Shown: one piece after another, positions 47,961-59,533 of the stretch | How positions within the stretch are numbered: position 1 is the stretch's first letter | How the letters are laid out: each line of letters starts with the position of its first letter | Assembly: GCA_000002445.1 (NCBI GenBank) | Contig: CP000070.1 | Coordinates: forward strand, 1-64,000 | DNA from: Trypanosoma brucei | Taxonomy: Eukaryota | Direction of reading: 5' to 3' | Length of the DNA stretch: 64,000 nucleotides | Translations under genes and position numbers: made by a program | The notes under the pieces: generated by a model | What the model was told of the DNA's origin: nothing | Seen by the model: only the letters and a program-made list of their open reading frames with translations | Database searches by the model: none

Positions 47961-49073
47961 ATGTCCTCTATCGGTGGCTTCAAGCGCCGTGCGCCCAAGT
48001 CGCTAAAAACACGCCGTGCTTTGAAGAAATATGACCCGAAGGTTGTGGAGAACCCGAAGAAGATTCTATTTTTAAGGGGGACGAAGACGAGCAGCGTTGT
48101 TAACGATGCAATTGTCGACCTCACAGCCGTGACGAAGCCGTATAACAAGCGTTTACAGAAACGTAACGCTTTTTATCCCTTCGATGGACGCGAGCACCTG
48201 GAGTTCCTCGGTTTTAAGAACGACTGCTCATTGTTTTGTTTTGGTAACGACAGCAAAAAGCGACCTCACAACCTCGTAATCGGTCGCCATTTCGATTTCC
48301 ACATTCTTGACATGTTAGAGCTGGGCATCATCGCTGCGGACAGAATGGAAATGCCGCGGGACGAAGCGATTGATCTCGCGTCACTAGGCGGAAAACCCTT
48401 TTTTGTGTTCGAAGGAAGTGAATTTGTGTCTGACCCCACATTCGTACGACTGAAGAACCTCCTCATTGATTTTTTTCGCGGTAGCAGTGAAACGGAAATA
48501 AACCTGGATGGATATGACCGCGTGTTGTCCTTTTCTCTGAGGTCGGCCAATGGTGGGGACGTTTGTGTGCCGCCGGCGACAGATTGTTATGGCACTGGGA
48601 AGCAACAACAGGAAAAGGGGAACACTATTTTGTGCATGCGGCACTATGCACTGCACAAACCGTCCACAGCTGCTGGGATTCCGAGGAACTTTGGCGCAAA
48701 TATCCGACTGTTAGACATTGGACCAAATTTCGATTTTATTCTCCGCCGCGCATCCTTTGCTACACCCGCAGAATTCAAGGTCTCAACCAAACTACCCAAG
48801 GAGGTTTTGGCCACATTACGTTCCACGGCGGCTAACGTAAGCGCAGATCCACTAAATAACCTCCGAGGACAACTACACGTTGGTAAACAGGACGTCCAGC
48901 AGCTCAATCTTCGGCGGTTTAAAGCACATAAAAGGTCAGCTCGCTCTGCAACTGAAGGAGAGAATGATACGCAGCAGAGGGAAGAAGCGGAGGGTGAACC
49001 GATGGTAAAACGTCACCGGCGTAGGCGAGGCAATGAAAATGAGGATGACATAAACCCCGATAGGGATATTTGA
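47961..49073 (+). CDS. Ribosome biogenesis factor of the Brix family (RPF2-like).
   Basis: The N-terminus, KTRRALKKYDPKVVENPKKILFLRGTKTSSVVNDAIVDLTAVTKP, is typical of RPF2/Brix. The C-terminus is a basic KRHRRRRGNE tail. The start is set at MSSIGGF, since the upstream in-frame part of ORF 47760 is pseudo-translation of a pyrimidine tract. Confidence 0.7.
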   Translation: MSSIGGFKRRAPKSLKTRRALKKYDPKVVENPKKILFLRGTKTSSVVNDAIVDLTAVTKPYNKRLQKRNAFYPFDGREHLEFLGFKNDCSLFCFGNDSKKRPHNLVIGRHFDFHILDMLELGIIAADRMEMPRDEAIDLASLGGKPFFVFEGSEFVSDPTFVRLKNLLIDFFRGSSETEINLDGYDRVLSFSLRSANGGDVCVPPATDCYGTGKQQQEKGNTILCMRHYALHKPSTAAGIPRNFGANIRLLDIGPNFDFILRRASFATPAEFKVSTKLPKEVLATLRSTAANVSADPLNNLRGQLHVGKQDVQQLNLRRFKAHKRSARSATEGENDTQQREEAEGEPMVKRHRRRRGNENEDDINPDRDI

Positions 49074-49636
49074 TGGAGAGAAGTGTAATTCGTTTAAACA
49101 GTGAGACTTAAGGCACTCTGTAAGTTTATAAAAATTAGGTGACGGAAAAGCGCGGGGAGCGAGTTCAAGAAAGTAAAGGGAAGAGGAAAGCGAATGTCTT
49201 TGGAGTGTAAAGGGAACAGTGGCAAGTACACGAAAACACGGAGTGACGGCGAATGGTTCTCATTCGTCTGGCAAGCCACTTTTTTTTTTTTACGTGTGTC
49301 ATTTCCACCGCTTTTTCCCCTTTGAGGGGGAAAAATAACACCGTGGACTGAAGTATCAATGCAAGAAACTTCCATGGAGTACAGTTTTTTTTCTCGAGTT
49401 TTTCCTCTTATATCCTTGAACTAACCCTCTGTCTCCGCGTGGAGGGGCTGGTTTTTATATCGTTTCTGTGATTTTATACATCCGCCGAAGATGTAATTGC
49501 GAATAGGAGCGGAATGTTGTGCTCTCCAATTTTTCCGCCCCCTCATTCCTTAAAAAGAAAAAAAAAAGGGTGAATTAGGTTGCAGTGGTTCATAGGGTAG
49601 ACGGCAATCCAAAGGCAGGACCCACTGCATAGAGAT

Positions 49637-50314
49637 ATGCCCCTTCGGTTCACCTCTGCATTTTTGCTCGGTGGCGCCATGAATGTGTTTGTGGGTGGTG
49701 CCGCCTACGCTGCCAGTAAAGCGTACACAAGCCCTTATCCGCAGAATCCAAAGAATTCCGTTGTTTATTTTGATACAGCCGTGCAAGATGGTCATACATG
49801 GTTTGGCACCGCATCCACATCACCCGTGGGGCGCATAGAAATGGAGTTATTCGATGACACGGTCCCCATCACAGCCCGCAACTTTCGTGAACTCTGCCGT
49901 GGGTACACCAAAGCGACACCGGAAGGGAAACCATTGCACTTCAAGGGTTCGATTTTCCATCGTATCATTCCTGATTTTATGATTCAAGGTGGAGATATCA
50001 CAAAAGCTAACGGAACCGGCGGTTGCTCCATCTATGGTGTGCGCTTCAAAGATGAGTCTTTTGAGGCGAAAGCGGGCCGGCATTGTGGTCCTGGTATTTT
50101 GTCAATGGCCAATGCTGGTCGAAACACCAACGGCTCTCAGTTTTTCATTTGTACCGTGCCGTGCCCGTGGCTTGATGGGAAGCATGTGGTGTTCGGGCAG
50201 GTGCTCCGTGGGTTTGATCACGTGAGGTTAATTGAGGGACATGGCACACCGCATGGGAAACCAACCAAAACGGTTATTATTTCTGACAGCGGAGTGCTGA
50301 AGGAACCGGCGTAG
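49637..50314 (+). CDS. Cyclophilin-type peptidyl-prolyl cis-trans isomerase with an N-terminal hydrophobic extension.
   Basis: Cyclophilin motifs are present: [41 protein letters not shown] and [12 protein letters not shown]. Confidence 0.85.
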   Translation: MPLRFTSAFLLGGAMNVFVGGAAYAASKAYTSPYPQNPKNSVVYFDTAVQDGHTWFGTASTSPVGRIEMELFDDTVPITARNFRELCRGYTKATPEGKPLHFKGSIFHRIIPDFMIQGGDITKANGTGGCSIYGVRFKDESFEAKAGRHCGPGILSMANAGRNTNGSQFFICTVPCPWLDGKHVVFGQVLRGFDHVRLIEGHGTPHGKPTKTVIISDSGVLKEPA

Positions 50315-50637
50315 GTGTGTGTTTGTATGGGAAAACGTTATCGCTCATTTAGGCGGCTGCTGGTGCACAAACTTTGTGCGGGCGGTGGCCTTTATTTGTA
50401 TAGCGGGATCACATTAAACTTCATCGGCTGGTGCTCGTATCGGTTGTGACGCGTCTTAAGAGGTAAGATACGTATGAATATGTAAATATCCTCTCGTAAA
50501 AGTTTGTGCCTTTTTGATGAACGTGCTTCAGTTAAGGTATAACACTGTTTTCTCACCGTATTTGCTACCGTTTTTGTCTCTTTTATCAATTTAGGCAACT
50601 TCCTTGTTGGTGAATTAATCATTACTGAGCTGGGACG

Positions 50638-52251
50638 ATGCCAAATGCTATTGGCCTGCATTGCATGAGTCGAATGCGTGAACTGCATCTAAGTGGTTCC
50701 TGCGTCACAGACAGGCATTTATGTAATGTTGGTGTTGGAAAATGCCTTGTGAGATTATCAATCGAGTCATGCACAAATTTGACAGATGTGTCCCTTCTTA
50801 CGGCTGTTGAAACGCTGGAGGAAGTCAGGCTTGACGGCTGCAAGAATGTAGTGAAGGGTATTAATGAATTTGGCCGCATGCCGTACCTTCGTGTGTTAAT
50901 TTTGAAAGAAACGAGTGTTACAGATCGATGTCTGCGTGGGTTCGCCAGTAGCCGCAGCCTTGTGAAGCTCTTCATTGAGTCCTGCTCGCAGCCAACAGAT
51001 GTGTCCCCCATTTCTGCTGTTGAAACGCTGGAGGAAGTCAGGCTTGACGGCTGCAAGAATGTAGTGAAGGGCATTAATGAATTTGGCCGCATGCCGTACC
51101 TTCGTGTGCTCATCTTAAGAGAGGTTGGCGTTACAGATCGATGTCTCCGTGGGCTCAGTTGCTGCCGCAGCCTTGTCGAACTTGCCCTCGAATACTGTTT
51201 ACAACTAACAGACGTGTCACCTATTTCGATGCTTGAGACTCTGCAGAAAGTTCGTTTTGATGGATGTAAGAATGTGGTAAAGGGTTTCGGAGAACTTGGC
51301 AGGGTCCCTTACCTTCAAACGCTTTCCTTGAATGAAACGAATGTGGATGATAGAGCCCTTTTCACACTTCGGGCCACTGGCAGTTTGGTCGAGCTCTCAC
51401 TTGAATCGTGCCCGCAACTCACTGATGTGACACACCTTTCCATGATTGACACGCTGCAAAAGATCGTTCTTGAGGGGTGCGCAAATGTGGCGAAAGGTGT
51501 AGGGCTCTTGGGTAGGCTTCCTGCGCTCCGTGAACTTTATGCTGGTGCAACTTCTATTGCGGATACGTCCATTTCTGCGCTCTCCCGCAGCGGAACACTT
51601 ACAAAGATTGATGTTAAGTTCTGTCAGGGGCTTACGGACGTCTCGCCGCTTGTAGATATGAAACTTCTTGAGGAAATCAATCTTGAGGGGTGCAAAAATG
51701 TCGAACACGGCCTACCATGTTTGGAAAAGCTGAATTTGTTACGTGTACTCCACTTGACGGAAACACAAATGACTGATGACTACTTACGCGGCCTTTGCGC
51801 CAGTTGCAGCATTGTCGTGCTCGACGTCAGTTTGTGTGACCAATTAGTGGACATGTCTCCCCTTGCAAGTATTGAAACGCTTGAAGTTTTAAGGGCCAAC
51901 AATTGCAAAAGTGTGGTGCGAGGTGTCGGTGCACTCGGTGGGCTTCGGGCACTACGTGAGTTGGGCTTAAAAGCAACTATGATCAAAAATAAGTCTCTCT
52001 GTGGTCTCGGGCAAAGTCGTACTCTTGTCCAGATTGATCTAGAGGCATGCGAGCGCTTGACAGATGTCACTCCGCTATCGCAAATAAGAACGTTGGAGGT
52101 TGTCAATCTTAATGGGTGTAAAAACGTAGTTAGTGGTTTGAAATCAATGGCAGTGATGCCGCGGTTGCGCCTGCTGCATCTTATGGATGTGGAATTGGGC
52201 AGCGATGTCTTAGATGAACTAAAGTCAATGAACGTATGGGTTAATAAATAA
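50638..52251 (+). CDS. Leucine-rich repeat protein (LRRP family) with near-identical internal repeats of about 65 aa.
   Basis: A 537-aa ORF made of repeated units: LxxCxxLTDVSPLSxIxTLExVxLxGCKNVVKGxxxLGRxPxLRxLxL. Two adjacent units share an identical 31-aa block, TLEEVRLDGCKNVVKGINEFGRMPYLRVLIL. Confidence 0.75.
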   Translation: MPNAIGLHCMSRMRELHLSGSCVTDRHLCNVGVGKCLVRLSIESCTNLTDVSLLTAVETLEEVRLDGCKNVVKGINEFGRMPYLRVLILKETSVTDRCLRGFASSRSLVKLFIESCSQPTDVSPISAVETLEEVRLDGCKNVVKGINEFGRMPYLRVLILREVGVTDRCLRGLSCCRSLVELALEYCLQLTDVSPISMLETLQKVRFDGCKNVVKGFGELGRVPYLQTLSLNETNVDDRALFTLRATGSLVELSLESCPQLTDVTHLSMIDTLQKIVLEGCANVAKGVGLLGRLPALRELYAGATSIADTSISALSRSGTLTKIDVKFCQGLTDVSPLVDMKLLEEINLEGCKNVEHGLPCLEKLNLLRVLHLTETQMTDDYLRGLCASCSIVVLDVSLCDQLVDMSPLASIETLEVLRANNCKSVVRGVGALGGLRALRELGLKATMIKNKSLCGLGQSRTLVQIDLEACERLTDVTPLSQIRTLEVVNLNGCKNVVSGLKSMAVMPRLRLLHLMDVELGSDVLDELKSMNVWVNK

Positions 52252-52379
52252 AGCGAAAGTGGCATCCATGTACATAGGCATACATGTATGGATACACGGA
52301 TGCACGGGCATCCATAATAATTCTTCATTAGCCGACGGTGAGTGATCGCTACCTTTCTTTTCACTTTCTGTACTAATAA

Positions 52380-53600
52380 ATAAGCAGTTTTGGGTTCACT
52401 TTCTTATGTTCTTATTTTTTTTTTTTTTGCCTTCTCGTTTTATTATTACCAAATGTGGCGTACGAAATATCAGCATTATGTTCGTTTATCTTTTTTTTCT
52501 TTTGTTGTTGTTCCTCCCGCATGTTCACTGCAATCAGTGTGCGCGGTTGCCACTCTTTTGCCTTGTATACGCGCATGTGCATGTACATATGCTTGTCTGT
52601 CTGATAATGCTGCAGCGGTGTTTTTTTTTCTTCTCCCCTTCACGCTCAAATTTCCTCGTCATTGCCGCTGCAGTTTCACCTCCCTTTTTTTTCCCCCTTT
52701 AATTTCAATTTTACACCTCCCCCTTTTTTTCTTTCCATCTTTTTTGAGAATTTGTTTCGCGTCTCGTCGTCTTCCGAGCGTGTCTGCGGGTTTGTTATTT
52801 TGATTACCCGCACATCTTCCACTGAACAGCCGTGTATTTGAGTGAATGTGTAGCGAATGAAGAGGAGAGGGACAACAAAAAACCAAATGAACGATTTGCG
52901 CTTTGTCTCGTTTCCATTTTTTTCCCCCCCTTTTTTTTTACTTCCGTCCATCTCTCCCCTTTCCCTTCCCTTCTTTTTTTTTTTGTTCGACTCGGTTTGT
53001 TGGTGTGTGTTCCAATCTTTCCAGTGGTGATGAAAAAAGAATTTATCCGATTGTTGTGCGTTCCCCTCCCGTTTCTATTGCTTTTCCAACAGACCGTATT
53101 TGCACACACACGCACACACAACACTTTCAACGGTTGTTATATGCCAAATGCCGGATTTTATGCAACGGAGGGATCGCGTCACGAACCGAACTCACAAAAG
53201 CGAAAGAAAAAAAAAAGTGTGACGGGTGGAGGAGGAATTCGGTCTGTAAGTGTTCTTTAATATTACCTACAGCCATCTGCAGTTTGGGAGCGGTGGTGCA
53301 AATAATGTTAAATATTTTTGTAAACTCCACTGCTTGTGTTTGATGTTGCCTACCATGTGGACACCTTTTTCTTTTTCTTTTTCCTTTTCTTTTCTTCTCT
53401 CTCTCTTTCTGCTTTCATGTTGTGGGGACCGGGTTTATGTACTCGTGATCTTGTCGAAGCCGTTTGTAAATTAGTTTCAATATGATCGACAATTTCCAAG
53501 TGATATGTGCCGTGTCTTGGCTGTAACCGTTGGGGCACATGCTTCAGTGCGTTGCCAAAAAAAAAAGGGGGAGGGGAGGTATTTGATGATTTACATCGTC
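52380..53600. repeat. Long pyrimidine-rich low-complexity intergenic tract with homopolymer T and C runs.
   Basis: Direct read. The many overlapping short ORFs here translate to F, L, S and P repeats. Confidence 0.7.
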
Positions 53601-54468
53601 TCATGGATTCTCACGTTTTCCCTCCTTCTTTTGGAAGTGGATGATTAATTCCATTGATTAATTCCATTTGTAGTTACGTTGTAGCGTCTCATTAAGAAGC
53701 GCAGTGGGGTTTGACTTTACCGGTTGCAACCGCAAAATGCAGGATTGTTAGTGAGGAGGTTGTCATTTGAGAAAAAAAAAGGGAGAGAAAATATGTTGCA
53801 TGCGCTTTCGCGTGTCGGTTGCTCAGTTGTTTGGTTACGGCACATTCCCTTGCGGTGGTCGTAAAACCCATAAGGTGTCAAACGTGTCTTTATATGAAAT
53901 ACGAGTGACAAGGAAAAAAAATAAATAAAATGTGCGAGTGATGGAAATTCCACGCTGCAAAATCGCGCACCTCCGTTCCGCAGAGTATCCGCAAAATGCG
54001 ACTCCAGTGTGTAATGAAGTTGTTGAAATGCGTATAATTGTGGTTACTCGTTGTCCTCTGTTGAACCATCACATATAAATCCCATCAAATTCTTTAGGAA
54101 TCATCTCTGAGGGACATTAACTCATTGTTGTATGTTTTGATGATGTGGAGGGATTTCGCTTGAAGAGGGAAGTGAGCGATTTTACGGGTTGCTGCAGTTT
54201 TTGTTTATAGCCTTGCCGCTCTATTCGCGGTTGGGTGGGTTGCGGGGACGGTACTCACATATCTTTCTTTTTTTTATTTTTATTTTTATTTTTCTTCCGT
54301 ATTTTCGTATCGCCGCTTCATTTCCGTGAGTAGCGAAGTGAAGTTGATGACAAGTAACACTTTTCAATGTTCTTTTTTTCCCCCCACCCTTTGGTTGTTT
54401 GTTGAGTTTCCTTCAACACTATTAGTTAAGTGCCTTTACCAACAGATTTATATAGGTCATAAAGGTAT

Positions 54469-55605
54469 TTGGCTTTTAAAGTGCGTAGGGAAAGAAAAAT
54501 AATGGTGTGGAGTGGGCATAAATACAAGAGACTATTGCCTCTGTGTTTACTGACATTGTTATGGTTTTTGTCCCTTTCACGGTTCCGTCGTGTTGAAGTA
54601 CCAAAACAGCGTGAGAACATACAACACAGTTTTGAGCCGACACTTACCACACTTAACGAGGAAGACCTTCAATCTGTCCAATTTATTCCTCAGGCTACGG
54701 TGGATGTGTTGAGGCGACGGGATTTTTTTGTTGCAGTTGGATTCTTATCGCCTGATAACAACGAGAGACGGAGACGACGTTATTTACTTCGCTTAACATC
54801 TTTTCAGTACCCGGGGGTGGCAACGAAGAGCAATAATTTCAGTGGTGAGTTGATGATTGCTTTTATATTAGCCCGTCATCCGGACCACAATTACACATTT
54901 TCCGCCAAATTGAAGGAGGAAGCGTGGCATTGGAATGATATAATTTCGCTTCCCATGGATGAAGGGAAAGTTTCAACCAACAAAACAACGGGAGATGGCA
55001 CTCATTGGGGTCCCGCAACAGAAATTGGAATGAGTCGCAAAGTGTTTCATTGGTATGATTTTGCGCTTCGGTTCTTTCGTAATGTAACTTACATTTCAAA
55101 GGCGGATGACGATGCTTTTCTTCACGTACCGCAGTTCCTTGCAGATTTGCACACTTTACCGCGGCGTCGTGTTTATTGGGGGTACATGAAACCAATGACT
55201 GTAAAGGATCCCTTTTATTTTGCAGCTGGCATCTTGTACACATTGTCGCGGGATGTGAGTGAGGCTTTCGTGGCTTACGAACCGCTCCGTAAAATAATTC
55301 GAGTACCATACAGTAAAGAGCGAGAAATGGAATTTAAACCTTTGATATTGGAAAATGAGGATATTATGGTGGCCCGAGTGATCTCTTATCTAAGGTTGGA
55401 TAATCTGAGGTATTATGTGGAGTCCTGCTGTCGTTTCAATGATCTCAACTACGGATTTTGCAGTGGTGTGCGTGACACTTCTGTTATCATACATGGAGTT
55501 AAAGAGGGCCAGTACGCAGATATTGTGAATCGACTCGGCAAACATCGTACAGTTGCAAACCCATTTTACCGCGGGTACTTGGGATGGCACGCCTCGTGCA
55601 CATGA
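54469..55605 (+). CDS. UDP-Gal/UDP-GlcNAc-dependent glycosyltransferase of the trypanosome GT67 family, a type II membrane protein.
   Basis: An N-terminal signal anchor, LLPLCLLTLLWFLSL. A DxD motif, ISKADDDAFLHV. Overall resemblance to the T. brucei beta-1,3-GlcNAc/Gal-transferase-like family. An alternative start, MVWSGHK, lies at 54502. Confidence 0.65.
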   Translation: MAFKVRRERKIMVWSGHKYKRLLPLCLLTLLWFLSLSRFRRVEVPKQRENIQHSFEPTLTTLNEEDLQSVQFIPQATVDVLRRRDFFVAVGFLSPDNNERRRRRYLLRLTSFQYPGVATKSNNFSGELMIAFILARHPDHNYTFSAKLKEEAWHWNDIISLPMDEGKVSTNKTTGDGTHWGPATEIGMSRKVFHWYDFALRFFRNVTYISKADDDAFLHVPQFLADLHTLPRRRVYWGYMKPMTVKDPFYFAAGILYTLSRDVSEAFVAYEPLRKIIRVPYSKEREMEFKPLILENEDIMVARVISYLRLDNLRYYVESCCRFNDLNYGFCSGVRDTSVIIHGVKEGQYADIVNRLGKHRTVANPFYRGYLGWHASCT

Positions 55606-57552
55606 AAAGCGGAATAAAAATAAATCAAGATATAAACAAACAACACCCGTTTCTTTTGGCAAATGGTCATCGTTCCCCTCCCCCCTTTTTTTTTGGGGGG
55701 GGGCGCACACAACCTTTCTTTGATGTCCCTTCGTGGGGATGCTTCAAAATACGCGGCAACAATTGGGGAGTGGTATGCTCCAGATTTAATGGAGGAGTGG
55801 GGGTGGAGGGCCGTGTTTTTATCCCCGGACTGCGCGTTGTGATGAGACAACACCTTCCTTTCTTTTTTTTTATTTCGTTTTGCCATGAGAAGCTGTCGGT
55901 GAGTTTGAGCCATGCGAGAGGGATTTGGAGCCACAAACACCAAATTTAACGACGCGCTCTCCTCTCCGTTCATTTGATGGCTTTTGCGTGCCTTCAGAAA
56001 GTTGAAAATTTAATGAGTCCCCGCACCCCCCTGCCCCGTTTTTCTTGCGCGACATCTGCTTTTTAAATTTATTATTTCCCCTTCTTTTGTTTGTCTGTTT
56101 TTTTTAAATTTTATTCAAAGGGTTTTAATATTTATTTCCCACCCTGTCGTTACGAACTGGCATATTCCGTTGCGTGTTTGAAATGCGGGTGGGAGCGGCT
56201 TGTTGGCACCGTATTATTTTCCCCCCCTCCCTCTTTTATTTTCTTTGGGATGCGTCCGCAATTCCCCTCAGCAACGCATCACATGTGTGGGAATGCGGCG
56301 GTCGGTTGCTCACAAATGCGTTGAGGGAAAAATTAAATTGTGCTGCACGTTTTTTTTTCATACAAAAAAACAAAAAGAAGGTGTCAGGCGGGGCAAAGTC
56401 AGTTGGTTCATTTGGGCGCGCAACTCCGCGGTGAAAAGGCGGAGATGGACGCACACCAAAATATGCGGCGACAACCGCCATTATTGGCTTGATTAGTTGT
56501 GTGACTGGCGAAGCTGAGTGGGGAGCAAAAATTTAAATATATATTTTGACCTTTGAGAGGCGATGCGGAATTCCGGATTTCCACATTATTTCCCCACCCC
56601 CCACCGTACCGAAAACTTTATGGGATTTGGGCTCAAGAAAGCGATTGGAATGCGCGTAGTTGAAGCACCGCCTCAAGGAAGCGCCGCGTCTGATGTTTGT
56701 GGTCTCTTTTTTTTTTATTTTTTAATGGGAACGGAAGAATCCAACGCAGGGCGCAGGACAGGATAATAATAATAATAATGGATTTGTGTTTGTTTGAAAT
56801 ACCGCAGAAGTGTGGTGGCGTGAGAACCTACAAATTATGGAACCCTTGAGGGCACTTAATTATTTTTTTTTCCTCCTCGGCACCGCGTTGCCGACATTTA
56901 AACCAGCCGTTGGAGAGCGGAACAAAACCAAATTAAAAAGTGGCATTTAACCATCCGCAGCCTTCCACTAATCACCGGAGCCATGCGAGTTTTTATTGTC
57001 GGGATTAATCCAAAAAATAAATAAATAAAATATGATGCCAAAAATTTGCGTAGCGGCGTAAACGTTTTTCATTTTTTCCCTCTTCTCAATCCAACGCGGG
57101 TGGCGACAGTCGCCATTTCCGTTTCCTTCCGGTACTTTACGCATTAATTCCATGAAAAAATGCGGTGGCCGGGTCATGCGACGACGTGGCCCAAATAAAT
57201 TCCCCCGCCGCTGCGCCTTCATGTTGTGAAAAAAAAAATCCGTATGCTTCGCGGGGTCCCTCACCTTTTGTCTCCGCCCCTCTTCCGAAAAAAAAAAAGA
57301 AAAAATGAGGATAAAAAGTATAAATATGAATAAAACCAGAGCAGTGCACCAGTTATTTTCTCTTTCCTTTGGATATATATATATATATATATATATGAGT
57401 CATGAAGGTTTCGGTAAAGCTTAACAACCGTTTTTTCCCTACTTTTTCACCCACGGGGCAGAGGCAAAGTTCCTTACAAAACAGCTGCGGCTGCGGGTGT
57501 CAAGAAAATAAGGAGGAAAATATGTTCGTCCGCTGAATGTTTTTTTTTTCAA

Positions 57553-58629
57553 TTATTTTTTTGTCACATGCGTCCGCTTCTGCAACGCCGCTTCCATGGC
57601 TGCACACCATTCTTTCAGCGGTCCTTCGTGAAGAGCGCTCCGAAGTCTCGGATGGGCGTCAATAATACGCGTCAGGCCATACATTTCCACATCTGCAATA
57701 TCCGGTTCCTTCCCGCCGTGAAGTTGGTGGCAACCGCCGGAAAGGCGCGTAGCAAAACCGGACAACTCCGCAGCGAGCCAAGCGGAAGGGTCCCTTTGAA
57801 GAGAATTTTCCATTGAGGGAAATCCGCTTGTGGCCGATTCTTCAGCTGCAAACCGGGGGGCGACTTTATATTTTGCTAAAGCGTAAAGGGCAGTGGCACC
57901 AACCACGTGAAAGATCGGATTTTGGTAGTAGTAATGGGATGGGGTTACGTGTGGATATGTGGTGTACGCATCTCTCCAAGTGCTGTTAATTGCTAAGAAA
58001 CCTGCCGCTTGAAACCGCTCCATCATCCATTTCCGTGTCTCCATAATGCGCGGGTCACTCAACTGCTTCGTGAATCCCAGTGGCGCTGAAATCGCTGCAA
58101 TGATGTGTTGAGAATCCGCCACGTACGCCACACTTTTTTCCGCCGCGTGCGGATTGTTTGGATCAGCGACCGCCTCCAGCCCGATCTGTGGGACTTGTAC
58201 AAAACGTTGGTCCGGAAACCCTTTTGTCGTGAGCGGGCCAACTTCAACAATTTCAAATGGCACGAGATGGTAACGAAGCAGCCACTCAACCCTCTCACAA
58301 TACGGGCATCCCTTCATGCGGTATAACGTCATATTAAAATCCCGTCCGGAGGGGGAAACTCCTTTTTTTCGCTCAGGACGGTTGGGCCACGGCCGGTGTG
58401 ATGCATCGAAGGCTTCGGATAAAAGTACGGAATCCTGCATTGCGTTAAATTCATCAGCGGAAATCCGTGCCGGTGTTCTGCTTCCAGTTGCGTTCCGTTG
58501 GCCACCAAATAGGGAAACCAAACCAGCTCCCAGGACACCGCCTGCTGATGCATAGACAAACCGGGCAGATGGCCACCGCATTCCCCGCCGTTTCAGGGCT
58601 GCAGCTAACCAAAAAAAAATTGAAAGCAA
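57553..58629 (-). CDS. Prostaglandin-E-synthase-2-like / glutaredoxin-GST fusion protein. Glutaredoxin-like CPYC active site plus a GST-C-like domain.
   Basis: LYRMKGCPYCERVEWLL is a glutaredoxin-fold CxxC motif. A hydrophobic N-terminal anchor is followed by a roughly 200-aa helical domain, consistent with the PGES2/GST-C architecture. Confidence 0.55.
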   Translation of the reverse strand: MLSIFFWLAAALKRRGMRWPSARFVYASAGGVLGAGLVSLFGGQRNATGSRTPARISADEFNAMQDSVLLSEAFDASHRPWPNRPERKKGVSPSGRDFNMTLYRMKGCPYCERVEWLLRYHLVPFEIVEVGPLTTKGFPDQRFVQVPQIGLEAVADPNNPHAAEKSVAYVADSQHIIAAISAPLGFTKQLSDPRIMETRKWMMERFQAAGFLAINSTWRDAYTTYPHVTPSHYYYQNPIFHVVGATALYALAKYKVAPRFAAEESATSGFPSMENSLQRDPSAWLAAELSGFATRLSGGCHQLHGGKEPDIADVEMYGLTRIIDAHPRLRSALHEGPLKEWCAAMEAALQKRTHVTKK

Positions 58630-59533
58630 ATAACGCTACGGCGCTTGCAACGCGCCCCGACAGACACACAGAGAAGTTGAAAGGCAAACGAGGAAGGAGA
58701 AAATAACGCTGAGAAAAAAAACATGGAAGCAACCAAACATTCAATAGCAGCTTTAGTGGGCATGGACGGGTACTCGTTCGAACACGTGATGCCATCCCGG
58801 TGGGGGAAAAGCATTCTTTTGAGTGTATGTGTGTGTAGGTGGGAGGGAGGGGACTAACATGAGTACCGTGACGTTAAAATTGAAACAGAGGAACAAATAG
58901 GACATTATAATAGAAGAAACTAACTAACTGCGGCCGAAGCCCTCGTCTTTGTTTTACGAAATAATAATAATAGAGATAGCTACAAGTAACAAAGAGAAGG
59001 AGGAAAAAATAAAATATGCGGCAACGCGCCCAAACTCCGCTGCCACCACCTATGCACCGGGCGTATCGCCTTCCCTTCCACATCTCCGCATAGCCATCAC
59101 ATTTACTAGACAAAGCAAACAATGTATGGAAATAACGTAAAACCTAACGAGTGCTGTCGGAGGCGTGCAACCGGAGGAAGATGAGAAAAGGAAGGACGCA
59201 TTCCCATTTCATTTTTTCCCGCATGTACGGGGGAAACGACCATCAAGCGGTACATCCTTCCTTGGGTTCGCAATCTCCTCTTGATGACACCTAAAGGGAA
59301 AACATTCCGAGAGCCGTCATCCTTTCCGTTCCCTTTTCTTTCCCTCCCTTTTCTATCAAACCATTTCCAACGCGTATTGCCACCATTTGCTCACCTAAAA
59401 ATATTCACCAACATCTCAGGTGTCTTTTGCATCGTGCGGCAACGCATCGGCTCCAAGAAATGATGGAAATGACACCCGGTGCAACCGCCTCGCAGCCTCC
59501 GTGGCGATTGCTGAATTGCCGGGCCCAAAACCG

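Noticed and set aside
52390..53474. Cluster of overlapping 60-146-aa ORFs on both strands.
   Set aside because: The DNA is low-complexity T/C-rich, so any frame is open. The translations are F/L/S/P/K homopolymer-like.
55606..57552. tRNA or snRNA gene in the convergent strand-switch region.
   Set aside because: By eye I found no GTTCGAATC-type T-loop or acceptor-stem pairing. A covariance-model search is needed before this can be called absent.
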